Below the pieces are notes generated by a model, which was not told where the DNA came from, searched no databases, and saw only the letters and a list, made by a program, of their open reading frames with translations. Below are positions 23,190-36,909 of a stretch of 64,000 bases of DNA, in pieces. Position 1 is the stretch's first letter. Each line of letters starts with the position of its first letter. The stretch spans positions 15,862,213 to 15,926,212 of the forward strand of contig OZ234493.1 in assembly GCA_965153455.1 (NCBI GenBank), in the 5' to 3' direction. This DNA comes from Sphagnum compactum. Lineage: Eukaryota. The position numbers and the translations under genes are program-made.

Positions 23190-26100
23190 ATGATGGTGGA
23201 TCTGGCCTCCTTCGGGGAGGAGAAGTTCAATGCCAAGGGATGGGTGAACGCGGCTTGCAAGGCGCGGCATCCGGACGATAGCATGGAGAAGTACCTGGGA
23301 GACTTGGAGATGAAGCTGCAACTCATGGCGGAGAGCATCGCCGGTTCATTGGAGGAGCAAAGTGCACAAGCGCTTCTGCGTGTGCCGCGAGCATCGCGTG
23401 ATGTGTTGCGCATTCGTGACGACGCTATTTCTCTCCGATCCACCGTTTCTGCCGTACTCAACAAGCTCAATCAGGTCCCTCTCTCTCTCTCGCTCGCTGT
23501 CTCTTTTATGGTATCTATCTTCCTTCTTTCTGATCTGCGTAATCCGTCCTCTGCTGCTCTTCATCTGTTTGCTGTTGGTTCTCTTTTGCGCCTGCCTTGA
23601 GGTAGAGAATGTTTCCTTTGTGCCTAAACAAAGAAGATATTCGGACGGCATTAAGAGTTTCCATTTTTGGCATACCGCTTCCTGGTCAGGAGTAGCAGGG
23701 CTTTAGAGCATGGCACTTGGATTGTCTCGTTCCTTTGTTCCTTAAACTCATTGTGTGTGTGTGTGTGTGTGTGTCTCTCTCTCTCTCTCTCTCTGTGTCC
23801 ATGTTTTTCTTTGCATTGAAAGTGTAATGAAAAAAATACCATCAGGACATTTGCATTAGCTGTTTCAAAGATCATGGCAAGGATTAGGGTTTCATCTGTG
23901 TTGCAGTTGGATGAGTCAAATCCATAATCAGCACAAAGGAAGTTTCAAATCTGTGCATGAAAATGGAGGGACATAATTGTTGAGAACAAAGCCAGAAAGA
24001 GACAGAGACAGAGAGAAAGAGAGAGGAGATTGACAGCATGGTGAATGTGACAGGCAGAGGGTACTTCAGCGCAGTCAGTGGCAGCACTTGCACGGGTTGA
24101 CGCTGTGAAGCAGCGGATGGATGCAGCTCATGAAACCTTGCAGGTAGATCTCACACAATCAAAGCACACCTTTGGCATCACAAAAACCATTTCTTACACT
24201 GCTACCAGTTGTGGTACAATATCTTGTGTGAAGAAAGAGTCAGATAAAAGATCATTACAGAAGAAGTTGGTATCAATGTAGGTATCTCAGGAACAGGATC
24301 TGCTATTCTTCTCCTGATGTAACCAACTCAGGCTCGGGTCTTCTTCACACTAGCATGCACTGTGACCACCTTGAGCAGTGACGCGACTTGGGTTTTCTAA
24401 CCAGGATAGACTCCAGAATTCTAGTGGCTGTTGAAAGGCTTGCCCCTGATAGTATCTCCTAGTACATGGAATTCCTGAGGCAATCATCTGATCTTGGATT
24501 ATACTAAGGGGTTGCAGTATTTTTGGGTGAGAGTAGGATGCAGCAGGGTTGGTGATGTTGAGTGCCACTGTGGAGGATGTGTTTGCAAGTGGGGACCTAC
24601 CACGAGTGGCAGAGACTTTGGCACAAATGCGCCGATGTTTGGCAGTTGTTGGCGAAGTACTTTCCTGCCTTCCTTTTGTGTGATTTTGAATGTAGTCTAG
24701 AATAGTGTTTTGCCTCCCCTTGTGAGCATGAAGCAAATAGCCTAGTTGCTAGGACTTGAGACCATGTTACAAGAGGTAGTTGGTGGGTTCACTTCACCTC
24801 AGCACCCAGTCATGTATGAGATGCTGTGTATAATAACCTACTGAGCTATAATGTGGTCCCTGGGTAAACTGGTCATCCAAATTTGTGGGAAGCTAGTGAC
24901 TCCAGAGTCCTTAGAGGAAGGATCATGCATCCATGTTGCTCCTGTTCATTCATTAGAAAGTGGCCACATCTGAAAAGGAGGCAGTAGCTGTTTGGGTGAA
25001 AAGACACGTAATCATGCTTGGTTGGCAAACTTCATTTCCCCTTGCCTTCATTTGTCCAGCATATGAAAGTTTAGCAGGTTGTATTTGCAATTCATTATCT
25101 TCTGATCCAAGTGAGATGAACCAGGGAATATTGAAAGTCATTGGCAATTTGTGTTGGTGATGAGCTTAACATTGAGCTCACATAGAAGCACAAAAAAGAA
25201 TCACTTAAAATCTGTCTGGTGCAGCTGGTAGCTAGATGTCTAGAATGCGATCAGCAATTGACTGAACATCGTCTCTACTTGATGGGACATGAGTAGGTGC
25301 CAGCATTTGGAAATGTGAAGCGGCAGCTGGAAGGTTTGGAAGATCGATTGGAAGGCATGGTGCAACCACGGCTCGCAGATGCTATCACTCAGCGCAAGGT
25401 GGGCATCTTGTTCACTAATTACATGGTACCAGTTGCATTCCCAAGGTACTCCAGCTTTCATGCTACCACAATTGGTGCAGTTTGAGCTTGGAAAGGAAGG
25501 TGCTGCAGAAGGATGGCATTGGAAGAGTGGGTGGGGAAGGGGACTGAACATGAAGTACACAATGGTTGGCAGGTTGAGAGTACACAGGGTCTTCGAGACA
25601 TCCTCATCACAATTGATCGTTACAGCTCACTGGAGCAACACTACACACGTGTGAGAATGCGTCCACTGCGTCGTCTCTGGGATGAATTTGAGTCAGCTAA
25701 GGCAGGATTGCAATTGGCCAAGCCATCAACCACAGAAAACCAGCCTGGCACTGATCGCCGACCCCCTAGCACAGCCATTTCTGTCAAAGGCCCTGCTATG
25801 TCCTTTGTGGAGTGGCTGCCACATTTTTATGATGAAATCCTCCTTGTTCTTGAACAAGAATTGAAATGGTATGTCAAGCTACCATTTGAGTTGACTTAGT
25901 TGGAGTCTTCTAGCAAGAGCCTCAGGTTCTCTTCTCCTTCAACAAAGATGTGCTATTGTGCAGCCATGCTTTACTTCATGTTAGATTCATGTCTTTGTCT
26001 TCTGGCAGGTGCATGGTTGCTTTTCCAGATGACTACAAGTTGCTGGTCCCCAGGCTATTGATTGAGACCATGGTTGCTACATCTGCAAGCTTTGCTGCAC

Positions 26101-29074
26101 GCATTGATATATCTGCTGAAGAGGCAACTGCAGAAAACAGGGCTTCTCTTGGAGGTAGGTTCAGATCAGCATTGCACTGTGTGAATTGTTAAGAACATAA
26201 GCTGGAAGGAAGTGATTATTCAGTGCCATGGGATTGAAAGGTGTGGTGGTAACTGGTATGTTCTTCATCATTCTAGTGAATTATATCTCATCCACACTTA
26301 TGATTGCTCCTGCATGCATTTGGTCCCAGTTTTCTTTTGCTGAAAGAATGCAACCTATGGCAGGTGGTGAAGTAAGCCGAGAAGCGAATTTGACAGGGAA
26401 GGGGCAACCTTCACGGCTAGGTTTACTTATAATGCTACACAACATGACAGGTGCATTTGCAAAGAATGTCCAGCATCTCCTTGCTTCTATTGACCTGGCC
26501 GAATTGGCTAAGGTACTTCAAGCTGTGTACCATCCTTATGAAAGTTACAAGCAGAGGTATGTACATTGTTAGCAACCTGCCTTTCAAGAATTCCTGTTGG
26601 TAGGCAACATGGTGAGCAAACCATGTGGTTGTTGCTTAGTAGAGATATATGACTGGGCCCCTGCTTCATTCCCAGCAAGATGCAGTTCAGGTTAGGCCTC
26701 TTCCTAATGTGAAGCCTTTATAGCCACTTCAAGGGTGAGGGTGGCTTGTCAAAAACTTGCAAGTGATTTGTGGGTTCAGGCCAGGTTAGATGCATCCTGT
26801 ATTTGTATATTAACAATCCCTGCCATTATGGAGGTCAACGATGGAAACCAAACCCACCTTAGGGCTTCCAAGTTTTTGGCGGAAGATGTGGGCACCTGCT
26901 TTATCCTTATTCCTGCCATGAGAAAATATCCGCCTGAGACAAGGCAGCAGTAGCTATAAAGGCCTAGAGAAGTTTACACTTGTACTTCTTCTTTTAGGTC
27001 TCTTCATTATGCAGTGACTTGCCATATGTTACTCAGGTATGGGGAGCTGGAACGTGCCCAACTCCTTGGGGAGGTGACAGCATTGGATTTGAGGGCTGCT
27101 GTGCCTCGTGGCATTGGGGCACGGGGGGTGGAGCTAAGTGAAACAGTGCGTCGGATGGAAGCTTCTGTCCCTGAACTTACAATGGCTCTTGAAGCTGCAG
27201 TAGAGCGCTGCATCAGCTTCACTGGGGGAGTGGAGGCTGAGGCCTTGCTTCGCACACTGGATGAAGTTGTCCTTCATTATCTTGGGAGCCTGTTGGAGGT
27301 GCTCAAGTCATTGCGCTCTATCTGTGGAGTCGATCGGGCCCTTCCAGATGCTGTTGGGGGAGGTGATCTCTCCAATCTCAAAAAGGATGTTGCACTGTTA
27401 GAGGGTGCAGGAAAGAAGGAAGGAGGGACTGCCAACTTAACAGTTGACATTGTACCTGAAGAAGAAGAGTGGTCTATAGTTCAAGGAGCTCTTCAGCTCC
27501 TGACTGTGGCAGACAGTCTAAGTTCACGCTCCTCAGTGTTTGAGGCATCACTACGTGCAACACTAACTCGTTTGGAATCACGCCTGCAGCTGCAAGGTGT
27601 TCTTGCAACTACAGGTCAGCCTGTCGCACTACCTGTTGCTTTATCTGAAAGTGAGGACTCAACTGGAGCTCCAGGGGGCACACCAGGAATGCTAGATATT
27701 ACTATCCTGCGCCTAGTGAATGACCTTGATAAAACAAGACGACTTGGTGGCCTTCTGGAACAGGTTTTGTCCCTTCCAATTGCTCTCACTCTTTTGCTCT
27801 TTTGCAGAAACAGGATGTAATCAGTCCATTGACACATTACTTCAGTATAGACATGACTGTGACACCTGTTTGAAAAATCTACTGAAGCTGATTAGAGATT
27901 GCTGAACCATAGTCTTATTTGGCCAGTCAGGCAAAGTCATATGCAAACACCCCACAATTTGCTCAGGGAACTACTGATTTGGGGTATCTTTTTGTCTTGC
28001 TTGGCATGGTATGGTAAATGCAATGCTTTGAAGTTTCAATTTGATGCGCTTTGTTCCTTAAGCATATTCTGCTATTTTTTTGCTATCCACCAACATTCCT
28101 TCCTTTGCAAATATGACAGGCAAAAGACCCTCGATTCCATGCACTACCTCACACCTCCCAGAGAGTGAGTGCCTTCACTGAGGCAGTAAATGAGCTGGTA
28201 TATGAAGTTCTCATCTCCAAAGTGCGTTCCAAGCTCATGGATGTGGCACAGATGCCTGCTTGGAACCAGCAAGAGGAAGAAAATCTCTTTGAGTTGCCCA
28301 ACTTCAGTGCATATCCACTGCCCTACATTGTGAGTGTTGGGGAGTATCTCTTGACTCTGCCTCAGCAGATGATGCCATGGGCCGGAGGTGGTGGCAGTGA
28401 CGCCGGCCCTCCTGCAGATGGAAATGATGAGAACACAGATGAAGCACAGTACTTTGAAACAGAATGGATGTTTAAGGTACACTCTGAACAACATACTTAC
28501 TATCATGTGCGGAGTGTCCCAAGTCAATTCATCAATTGACAAAGCCTCATATTTGGATCTTACAGTAATTTCCAGTTTTGGTACAAAAACTGCATGGGCT
28601 TCCACACAGGAGTTCATTGTGGACATGGTCTGTTCACCTGGCTTTTTTAAGATCAGATTTGGCTTTGTCCATGTGGAGGTTCTGCTTTGGGTGATAGTGA
28701 TCATGAGCAATTGAGTTATCTTCGAGGAGCCAGATTTACATTGGACCAGTTGAGAGCTATGTGAGCTGACCTTCTTACTCAACTGAATAATGCAGATTGC
28801 AGAAGGAGCAACAGCTCTGTACATAGATCAAATACGTGGCATCCAGGTGCTGAGTGAGCGAGGAGCCCAACAGCTTTCAGCTGATATAGAGTACTTGTGC
28901 AATGTATTGTCGATTCTCTCAATGACTGCCCCACTTGTCCTCTCCACATTCCAAACCTGTGTCTCTGCACCTCGAAACAAACTTCCTGAGCTTGTTGAAC
29001 ATGATGGAGGTCCACCCATTGATCCAGCCACTCACCGACTCGTCTGTAAGATGCGCCAGGTTTCCCTTGAATGA
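23190..29074 (+). CDS. COG7: Conserved oligomeric Golgi complex subunit 7, 864 aa, 10 exons
   Basis: Exons 23190-23474, 24054-24143, 24537-24656, 25297-25398, 25573-25868, 26009-26154, 26364-26556, 27037-27763, 28120-28476 and 28796-29074 are GT-AG and total 2595 nt. Plant COG7-like segments: MMVDLASFGEEKFNAKGWVNAAC, LEMKLQL, ALLRVPRASRDV, GVELSETVRRME, EEEWSIVQGALQLL, KDPRFHALP, LPNFSAYP..Y...VGEYLLTLPQQ and GAQQLSADIEYL.NVL. Confidence 0.95.
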
Positions 29075-29904
29075 GCAGACCTATCTATACATTGAAAGTT
29101 TGTCTATTGTTTACACCAACCCTCAATGCAGAGTCAGGAGGTGGTTGTACAGAATGCTGTAACCATTGCAGTTCTTTTGTCAAGTGGCAACTGAGCATCT
29201 GGAGTTGGAGCATTGCTCCAGAATTTGCCCCAGGACTGAGCAACAGATGACTGAACTTGGTGTCAGTGGCAGTGGGCTGCTGCTGCATTTGCCTTCAATT
29301 GTTGGGTCAAATTTGAGGTGGGCCCTGGTTATACATGACTAGTTTAGGAATCATTTGGAGTCAATTAGGGATTGATTATGGTTAGAGTTTCATAATACGT
29401 ATCAAAAGTCTGCTAAATAGGCCTTTATGAAGATACAAATTTAAATGATTCAAATGGCTAAAATTCTGGTAAGTTTTGTCCTCAAGGTCATTGGGTAGTT
29501 GTGTAGATCGTATATAGTTTGTTCTCACATTAGTCAAAAGCTCGGATTCTCTCAGTGGGTTTTCCTTGTGGAAAGAGGAAAACATGATGAATACGAGGAA
29601 CAATTTTGCTGATTATTTTTTTTCCAAGTGTCAGATTGTCAATTTTCCAAAGTAAGCTCGGCCTGCTATTGGAGAGCCAAGGAGAAGATAGAAAACTTGA
29701 ATTGGTGGTTCATTACTTGCAAAAGACAGGAACGTTCTCCTGCTCCTAATTGAAGTTAAATTTGAAAAAACGAGCTACATAAATAATGACAAGCTTTGCA
29801 GCCCATTGTGGCATTGAAGATTACAATGAAGATAGGTGTGTAATTCTGACTCATGCATTGGGGGACCAGGGGCTGGACATGTGTAATTCAGATTGCAGTT
29901 ACTC

Positions 29905-30965
29905 TTCTTGGAGAATTCAGGTGCCAGAGATCCTGAACTAGAATTCTGATTTGAAGTTTTCTCAAAAATTTGAGGTGCATAGAAATCTGCAGTAAAAATT
30001 TGCACCGAAATTTTGCTTGAGAATTTGATGTGCACAGGTCCAACTAAACTAGTACTGGGTTTTGAAGTTTCCTCAAGAGTTTGAGTTGCACAGCAAATTT
30101 GCAGTAGATAAAGGGCACTGAATGTTTTTTCTTGAGAATTTCAGGTGCTTAGATCTTCTGCACCAGAAATTTTCAATACTGAAAATTTCTCAAGAATCTC
30201 AGTTGCATATATCATTTGCACAAAAAGTTTTTGGTTTAAAATTTTTTTCAAGAATTTGAGGTGTGCAGATTTGCAGTCCAGATCTGCACTACACTAGTTT
30301 TGAGTACTGAAATTTTCTTGACAATTTGAGATGCATAGGTGTAAGTAGATTTGGGTTTTAAAGCTTTCTTCAGAATTTGGGGTATACAACTCTTCAGTTG
30401 AAGTGAGTACTGAAATTTTCTCAAGGATTTGAGGTGCATAGATGTGCACTACAATTTTTGGGTACTGAACTATTCTCCTTGTGGATTTGAGAAGGTGCAT
30501 AGCTAATGCTACACTACAATTTCAGGTACTAAACTTTTCTCCTTGTGGATTTGAGATTGTGCACAACAGATGCTGTACTAGAATTGGGTTCTGAAGTTTT
30601 CTCAAGAATTCAAGGTGCACAACTAGTGTTGCATTCGAATTGAGTTTTGAAGTTTTCTTGAGAATCTGAGGTGTGCAACAGATGTTATACTAGAATTGAG
30701 TTTTCAAGTTTTCTTGAGAATTCACGGTGCACAACATATGTTATAGTAGAATTGAGTTTTGAAGTTTTCTCAAGAATTCAAGGTGCACCATAAATGCAGT
30801 TGCACTAGAATTGGGATTTGAAGTTTTCTCGATATTTCAAGGTGCACAAATTTTGCATTAGAATTTTGGGTAGAGAAGTTTTCTCAAGAATTTGAGGCAC
30901 ACAAATCTGTTGCACTAAAAATTTGGGTATTGAAGTTTTGTTCAAAAAGTTAATGAAGAATTTTG
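29905..30965. repeat. About 56-60 bp minisatellite, roughly 19 degenerate copies, downstream of COG7
   Basis: A GAAGTTTTCT(CA/TG)AGAATT(T/C)(G/A)AGGTGCAC core recurs at, for example, 30593, 30649, 30705, 30761, 30820, 30875 and 30932. Confidence 0.9.
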
Positions 30966-33900
30966 GTTGAAGTGTTTGGTATTGCGAGAATGTGAGTTGC
31001 CACAACATGCGGATTTCATGCAGATTTGTTGGAACAAATTCAAGAATTCTAATATTAGCATCAAGACTAGGCAGAAAAAGAAGACGGTGATGGGGAACAA
31101 GATTCTTATCTTTTGTTATTTTTGTAATAGGGTAATAGTTGAAAAGTTGTTGAAAGAATGACTAAACAATATTATCACTCTTGCAAAGAGTTTAGGGTTG
31201 AGATACTTTCCATGTTATATTTTTTTATTATTATAAAATTCAACGTGGAGGAAAAAAAATATAGTGCTAGTGAATAAGGTAGTCATTGTTTTCACTATGG
31301 AGATTATGCACAAATAACTAGCAAACAATTTCACTTGCTATTTGTGTGTGATGATAATAAGTCAAATAGTGATCAAATTTGACAAGTAGTTCCAATGGGT
31401 AGTGGAAAAATTTCAAAGGTGCTTTCAAATTGTTTTCATTATATTTTCAAACATCCATTTCATTTTCATATGCAAGTTACAAAACTTTAAAGGCTCCATT
31501 TTATTTAACAAATGTACCTTGAATTTTGGGTGTAAAGTGAACTAGAGTTATCATGTTCCCACTTCCCCAATTATTTCATGGTTGGTATGTTCCAGTAACC
31601 ATATTCATATTCTCTCATCATCTTCCTTATCTCTCCACTTTTTGCTGCAACAAAGACCTTCCTTATAGTGGTCCAAAATGAATTATCACACTTCCATAAA
31701 CATATGGGGCAAATGGTAAATAAAACGATTTACAAAAAAATTCAAGGATACACCTTTTGATGAATAGGGTGATTTTTTTTTTGTTGCAGACTATTTTTGG
31801 AAGGCCCTCACCTTTTATAATTATGGTAGTGGGGTTAGTTCTTCAACCTCGAAAAAGAAACAAAATTTTTGTGAGTTGTCTAGCTTCTTTCATCATTGTA
31901 CAAGTAGCATGTTTTCTACCCACCACTAACCCTTGTTCCTTTTGTTATCTTTCTCTTTCATTGGTCCATCCAAACTAGTTAAAGGATTTGCATTTACAAG
32001 TATATGCAAGCAAATTTCTCTTGATTTCTTTCATTCATATTATTTAAGCTACATAACTTGCACTACTAGACATTTAGTTAAGTTGATGTTTATTAATAAG
32101 TGTTAAATGACATTTTCCTTTATCTTTCATGGTTGAACTTGGTAGCATTTATGGTTAAGGGAGTTCCATCCAATGGAGTGGAATTCACCAGTTGCGGTGT
32201 CCTTGAGTACTTTTCTAATGATGTTTGATGTGAGGGCATCAAACTGTGGAATACAACAAACAATATTAGCCAAGGAACATCCAAAGCTTAAAGACCTTCT
32301 CGGTAAGCCTTTTTATCTGAAGTTCACCATAAGAATTCCAAACTAACATCTATCATTTGGTTTTTCACTTTCTTCACATGATTAGTTTCTCTAGAAATGG
32401 TGCAATCTTTGAAATTAATTTGAATGTAATTTGTTGATGCGATCCTTGGTTGTTGTGTTTTAACCTATGCTTGCTTTCACATATCCTTATCATGTTGGAT
32501 GTTATTTTGGGACCAAAAATGTGCAAGGCAAGGTCCATCCCTTCCATGACTTTCATATGGGATCCACCATATGGTTCAAAAGTCACACTAGATCTCACAA
32601 CCACAATAGTTGTGGTTAACTTTTCCTTAGTAATTATTTAACGTTCAATCCATGAATTTGAACATACAACCATTATGTTTTGGTACATTTTGCCACAATA
32701 CCTAACCTAACATGTTTAAATATCTATGATGTATAGGCTTGAAAGTTTTACTTATACAAGGGCAATGGAAACTTTCACAACAAACCTCATAGAAAGAAAG
32801 GTGCAGAAGAATAATGAGAAGGAAGTTAAGGGTTGAACAAAACATTAACAACTTTGTACAATAAATAAATGGATGTGGTATGTTGTCATACCTTTGAATA
32901 TTCTATTGGAATGTTTTAGTAGCCTTTTGCAAGTTGACCCACACTATGCATATGATGTCAGCTTCAAAGTGTCATTGTTAGCAACTACAAGCTGGTTTCA
33001 CCTTATGCATGGATTACATGTTGGATTAATGATGTTAAGAAGTTTCTTGCAAGAAAGTATCTGCTTTAGTCTTTTGTATTGTGATGGTTATATCTTGTGT
33101 TGGATTTTCCACTTCTTACATTTCTTATGTTAGCAAGATCATCTATAGGTTACATGTGTGTATGTTAATTAGATAGTTCAAATGTGCAATTTGTAGGGTT
33201 ATCTATGGTAGTCGTGTTATTCACATTGATGCAATAGGCTTGTGTTTGAAAATTGAATGACCCTCTTCCATTAAATGCGACTTGCATTGAGTCTAATTTA
33301 AGGTTTCCTTTCACATTCTTTGCATTGGTTATGGGACTCGTGCTATTGTATTTCTCTACCACCATTTTTGGTAAAGAAACTTATCCCTAATTGATTCATT
33401 TCATAGGAATCTTAATCATTATTTACCTATTTGTAAATGGTGGTGTTTATTCTAACTTACATTAGTTGTGATGTTTTCTACACCAAAACATTATATTATT
33501 CATTTATTAGGGTTAAGTAATGCACTCCGACCATGATGAAGTTTAATGAAGAGATCTTACCAACCGTTTGTTTCGAGTATAGGCTACAATATTATTCACA
33601 TATTTGTACTTTGGGCAATTCTTTGTTTAGTTTTCTATTTGCTTGTAGTTGGTTCATAACCTTCTAACTTTGAGAACTTACAAACATATTCACAATTCAA
33701 ATAGACTAAGTACAGAAATTAAAGTTCACTGCACAATATCTAGGATTTATTTTTGGTAGTTACCAAGTTAAACATGAGTTGTTTTAATAGCCCTAAAATG
33801 ACACTGATTGACTTGATCACATGGGAATTCTCATAGTTTGCAAACCTACGAAGACTAGGGGTATAAACAAACATTGAAGCGAATCTATTTAACATGCTCC

Positions 33901-36039
33901 AATTTATAAATTATTTTCTTATTTTCTTGGAATATTTTCCTAGGGAAGAGAGTTTTTTTATTTAATTAAAATAACATGGTTTAAGTTTCATGAACTTATA
34001 ACATTTAAAGGACAAGTAAGACATTTGTTGAAGTTCACATTGCTAAAACTCATAAAAAAATTGGTAGATATCTCAACATAAAGAAGAAAGGAACATGAAT
34101 AATGTACGGAATGAAAGAGAGATAAGATTCATTTTGATGGCTTACTAAATGGTGAGGATTTGGAAAACAAGGCCATCTGTGACAATTGGGATTGCAACAT
34201 CAATATTGATTTTCGTTTTTCATCCTATCCTTGGTCTCATTCACTATTGTTGCATGCTCGGAGGTGCCATTTCGCTTTGTCAAGTGAAACTATAAGAAAA
34301 CCTTTTTTATCTTTGCTTGTATACAACTTTGAATGTGGGACATAAATAACAAATGTGCAATTTGTTTCCATAAGTTAAATTTGGATCATGGGTGCTCAAC
34401 CATCAACAATAAAAAGAATTGCATTGGAGAACAAAAAATGGAAATGGTTTCATGTAGCGATTGGATGATGGCTTACCTTTGGGGGAACTTCCATCCTAGG
34501 TCAAACCTTCAACATTGAACCTTGGTGAAACAAAATTTGAGATCTTCTACCATCACCAAGCAGTGTTGTTGCTTCACGTAAATGTTATAGTCATGTCCAT
34601 TCCTTCCTTGGTTACATTTGTACAAGTGCATCATCCTTCACCCTCTCCATTTTGCAACCTTGAGCTTTTGATGTTTATATCTAGCATCCATATGTTTACA
34701 TATTTTTGTTTAACATTGGCAAAAAGTGGGGTTAAAAGTGAACACTACCTATCTTCCTTGGTTGGGCTTGCACTGCTTTTACAGGGCCTTCTATGACTTT
34801 TTCATCATTGGAATAATAACAACAACTATAAATAGGATAAGAAATAAGCGTGCAAAATGAAAGTGGGAGAATGGTGGGAATCAACGACATTTCCACAATG
34901 TTTTGAATGGTATTTCTATTTTTTTCTCTCACTAAGAAATGTATACTTTCTTTATTGATGGGTCCAAATTCATTTAGTTCCACCATTTGTTGGAAGGGGG
35001 ACTGCATTTGCAAATTTGGGATTAAGGTTCAATCACACACATGAAAAATATATTTATTTCCTTGGAGTTACTAAAAAAGTTTGATGCCAAAAATACCTTG
35101 GAGTTAGTAGTTAATGGCAGTGGACCTTTTTAGTTTACATAAATGGAAGAAACATTATGTTTAACATTTATCAAAGGACCCACTATTTAAGATGCAAGTT
35201 TTCTTCAGAAAGTAAAAGAGTACTAGTGAAGAAAAAGATCTTTGATTAATTCCCAAAATATTGCATATGTTTTTATAAATCCTATGTTGTAACTTGTAAT
35301 AGTCGTTTAGTACCACATATGTTGTTGAAAATCACTAACCATGCACATGGTTGTCACTTGTTGTAAATTGAAAAGCAACAATGCATTACAGATGCAAAGA
35401 TTGGTGATGTTTGGAAGCCAGTAGCCATAATAGGCAACATGGTAGCCCAAGCCCATTGGCTATTAATAGTAGCAACAACACCAAATGTAACAATTAAACA
35501 CACACCAAACACCACATCAATTGAATCAATTTCAACAATGATAATATAACTACAACAATGCCAATAATAATTACAATAATGTCAACAATAAATGCATGTT
35601 TCCAAACCTAGCTAAGGTCTTTTTCTTCCTAGCTTGTGCACGTAGCTTATGTATTGTTCCTATTGGCCCTGCATTTGTAAATGGTGGTGTAGATGTAGGT
35701 TGAAAGCAATTCTCCACAACTTCTAACATTAGAAGGGTGGGATCAACATCACCATTTGCTTACGTTGTTTCTATTGCAACTATAGTTTCCTTGAAAAATA
35801 ATGTTATAATGTTGGCTTCCATAGCTATCAATTGAAATTCAAGTTAAAAAGCTCTAGTGATGCATGTTTTGTCCTTTCCTTTGATAATTGTTGTTTTCAT
35901 GGCTTTCACCTCTATCCATGTTTCATGTAATTAACCACAAATTCTAGGTTTTAGGTTGGCCATTTTGAAGTCTGCCTTTGGCTCTTGCCCATCACCAATT
36001 TGGTTTTTGATTGTTTGAAAAGTCCAAAAGTTAAAATGC

Positions 36040-36640
36040 ACTTTGAATACATGTTTGAGTGGTTTTTACAAAATCATGTGTTAGTTGAAGTTCATTTGTG
36101 CAATTAGTAAGAACAAAAATCAAAAAAATGTTTGCATGTTTTTTTTGATCCAATCTATAAACTTTTTGCTAATGTGAACATTGTAACAATCTATGATGCA
36201 CACCATCTTCTACTCCTTTAACCTTAAAATTTGAATATGTGATTATAAGTAATGAAGAAAATGTTTGTGATAAACTGTTTAGTTGTTTCCAAGGATGACC
36301 AATGGTTTTCATTAAAGGTGAAATCCCAACCATCTTTGATGCAATTTCTTTTTTGTTGGTTGTTTGGGGGAAATGTTCTAAATGTAATGCTAGTAAACAC
36401 AATCTATGGTGGAGGTAGGTCGCATGTAACATTGGAGGAAACTGTCATTGTGATTTGTTTCATATCCTCCAAACACAAGATTTGCACATGTTTTGTTCCT
36501 TTTGGTTCCCAAGTTCTTTCACCACCATTAGGCTCAAGATGGACTTTAGTCTAATCGTTATTCATAACAAGTGTTAGTGGAATGTAATATGCCTTCACTA
36601 AATAAGCAACCCTATAAGCCTTGAACAAGTCAATTTGGTG
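36040..36640 (-). mobile_element. pogo-like (Tc1/mariner, DDE_1) transposase remnant
   Basis: Minus strand: PLTLVMNND*TKVHLEPNGGERTWEPKGTKHVQILCLEDMKQIT, then DGWDFTFNENHWSSLETTKQF, IIDCYNVH and TNCTNELQ. The order matches DDE_1 transposases. Confidence 0.75.
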
Positions 36641-36878
36641 GAAATTTGCTTGTAGTAACGGTTGTCCATGGTAAACACAACATGTATATTATTTCATGAA
36701 CGAGTTAAACCATTTTTTTGTGATAGTAAACCTTCCATGTCTAAGTTTGATGAGTTCAAAAAAATAGATTGTATTGTGAATAGGTAACCAAAAACAAAAA
36801 AAAATCATTTTAAAACAAGGATGGGAGATGTCTGTCTGTCTGATGATGATCATGTGTGGGCATGGTTTGCCAACTGAA

Positions 36879-36909
<31 letters not shown>

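Noticed and set aside
28144..28824. 226-aa antisense ORF
   Set aside because: It shadows COG7 exons 9-10 and the intron between them, with no independent evidence.
29905..30965. Regularly spaced partly palindromic repeats resembling a CRISPR array
   Set aside because: The intervening sequences are homologous to each other rather than unique spacers, the repeats are degenerate, no cas genes are present and the context is eukaryotic.
31200..35900. Many short ORFs in AT-rich DNA
   Set aside because: No motifs or exon structure were recognised; this is probably decayed repeat sequence.
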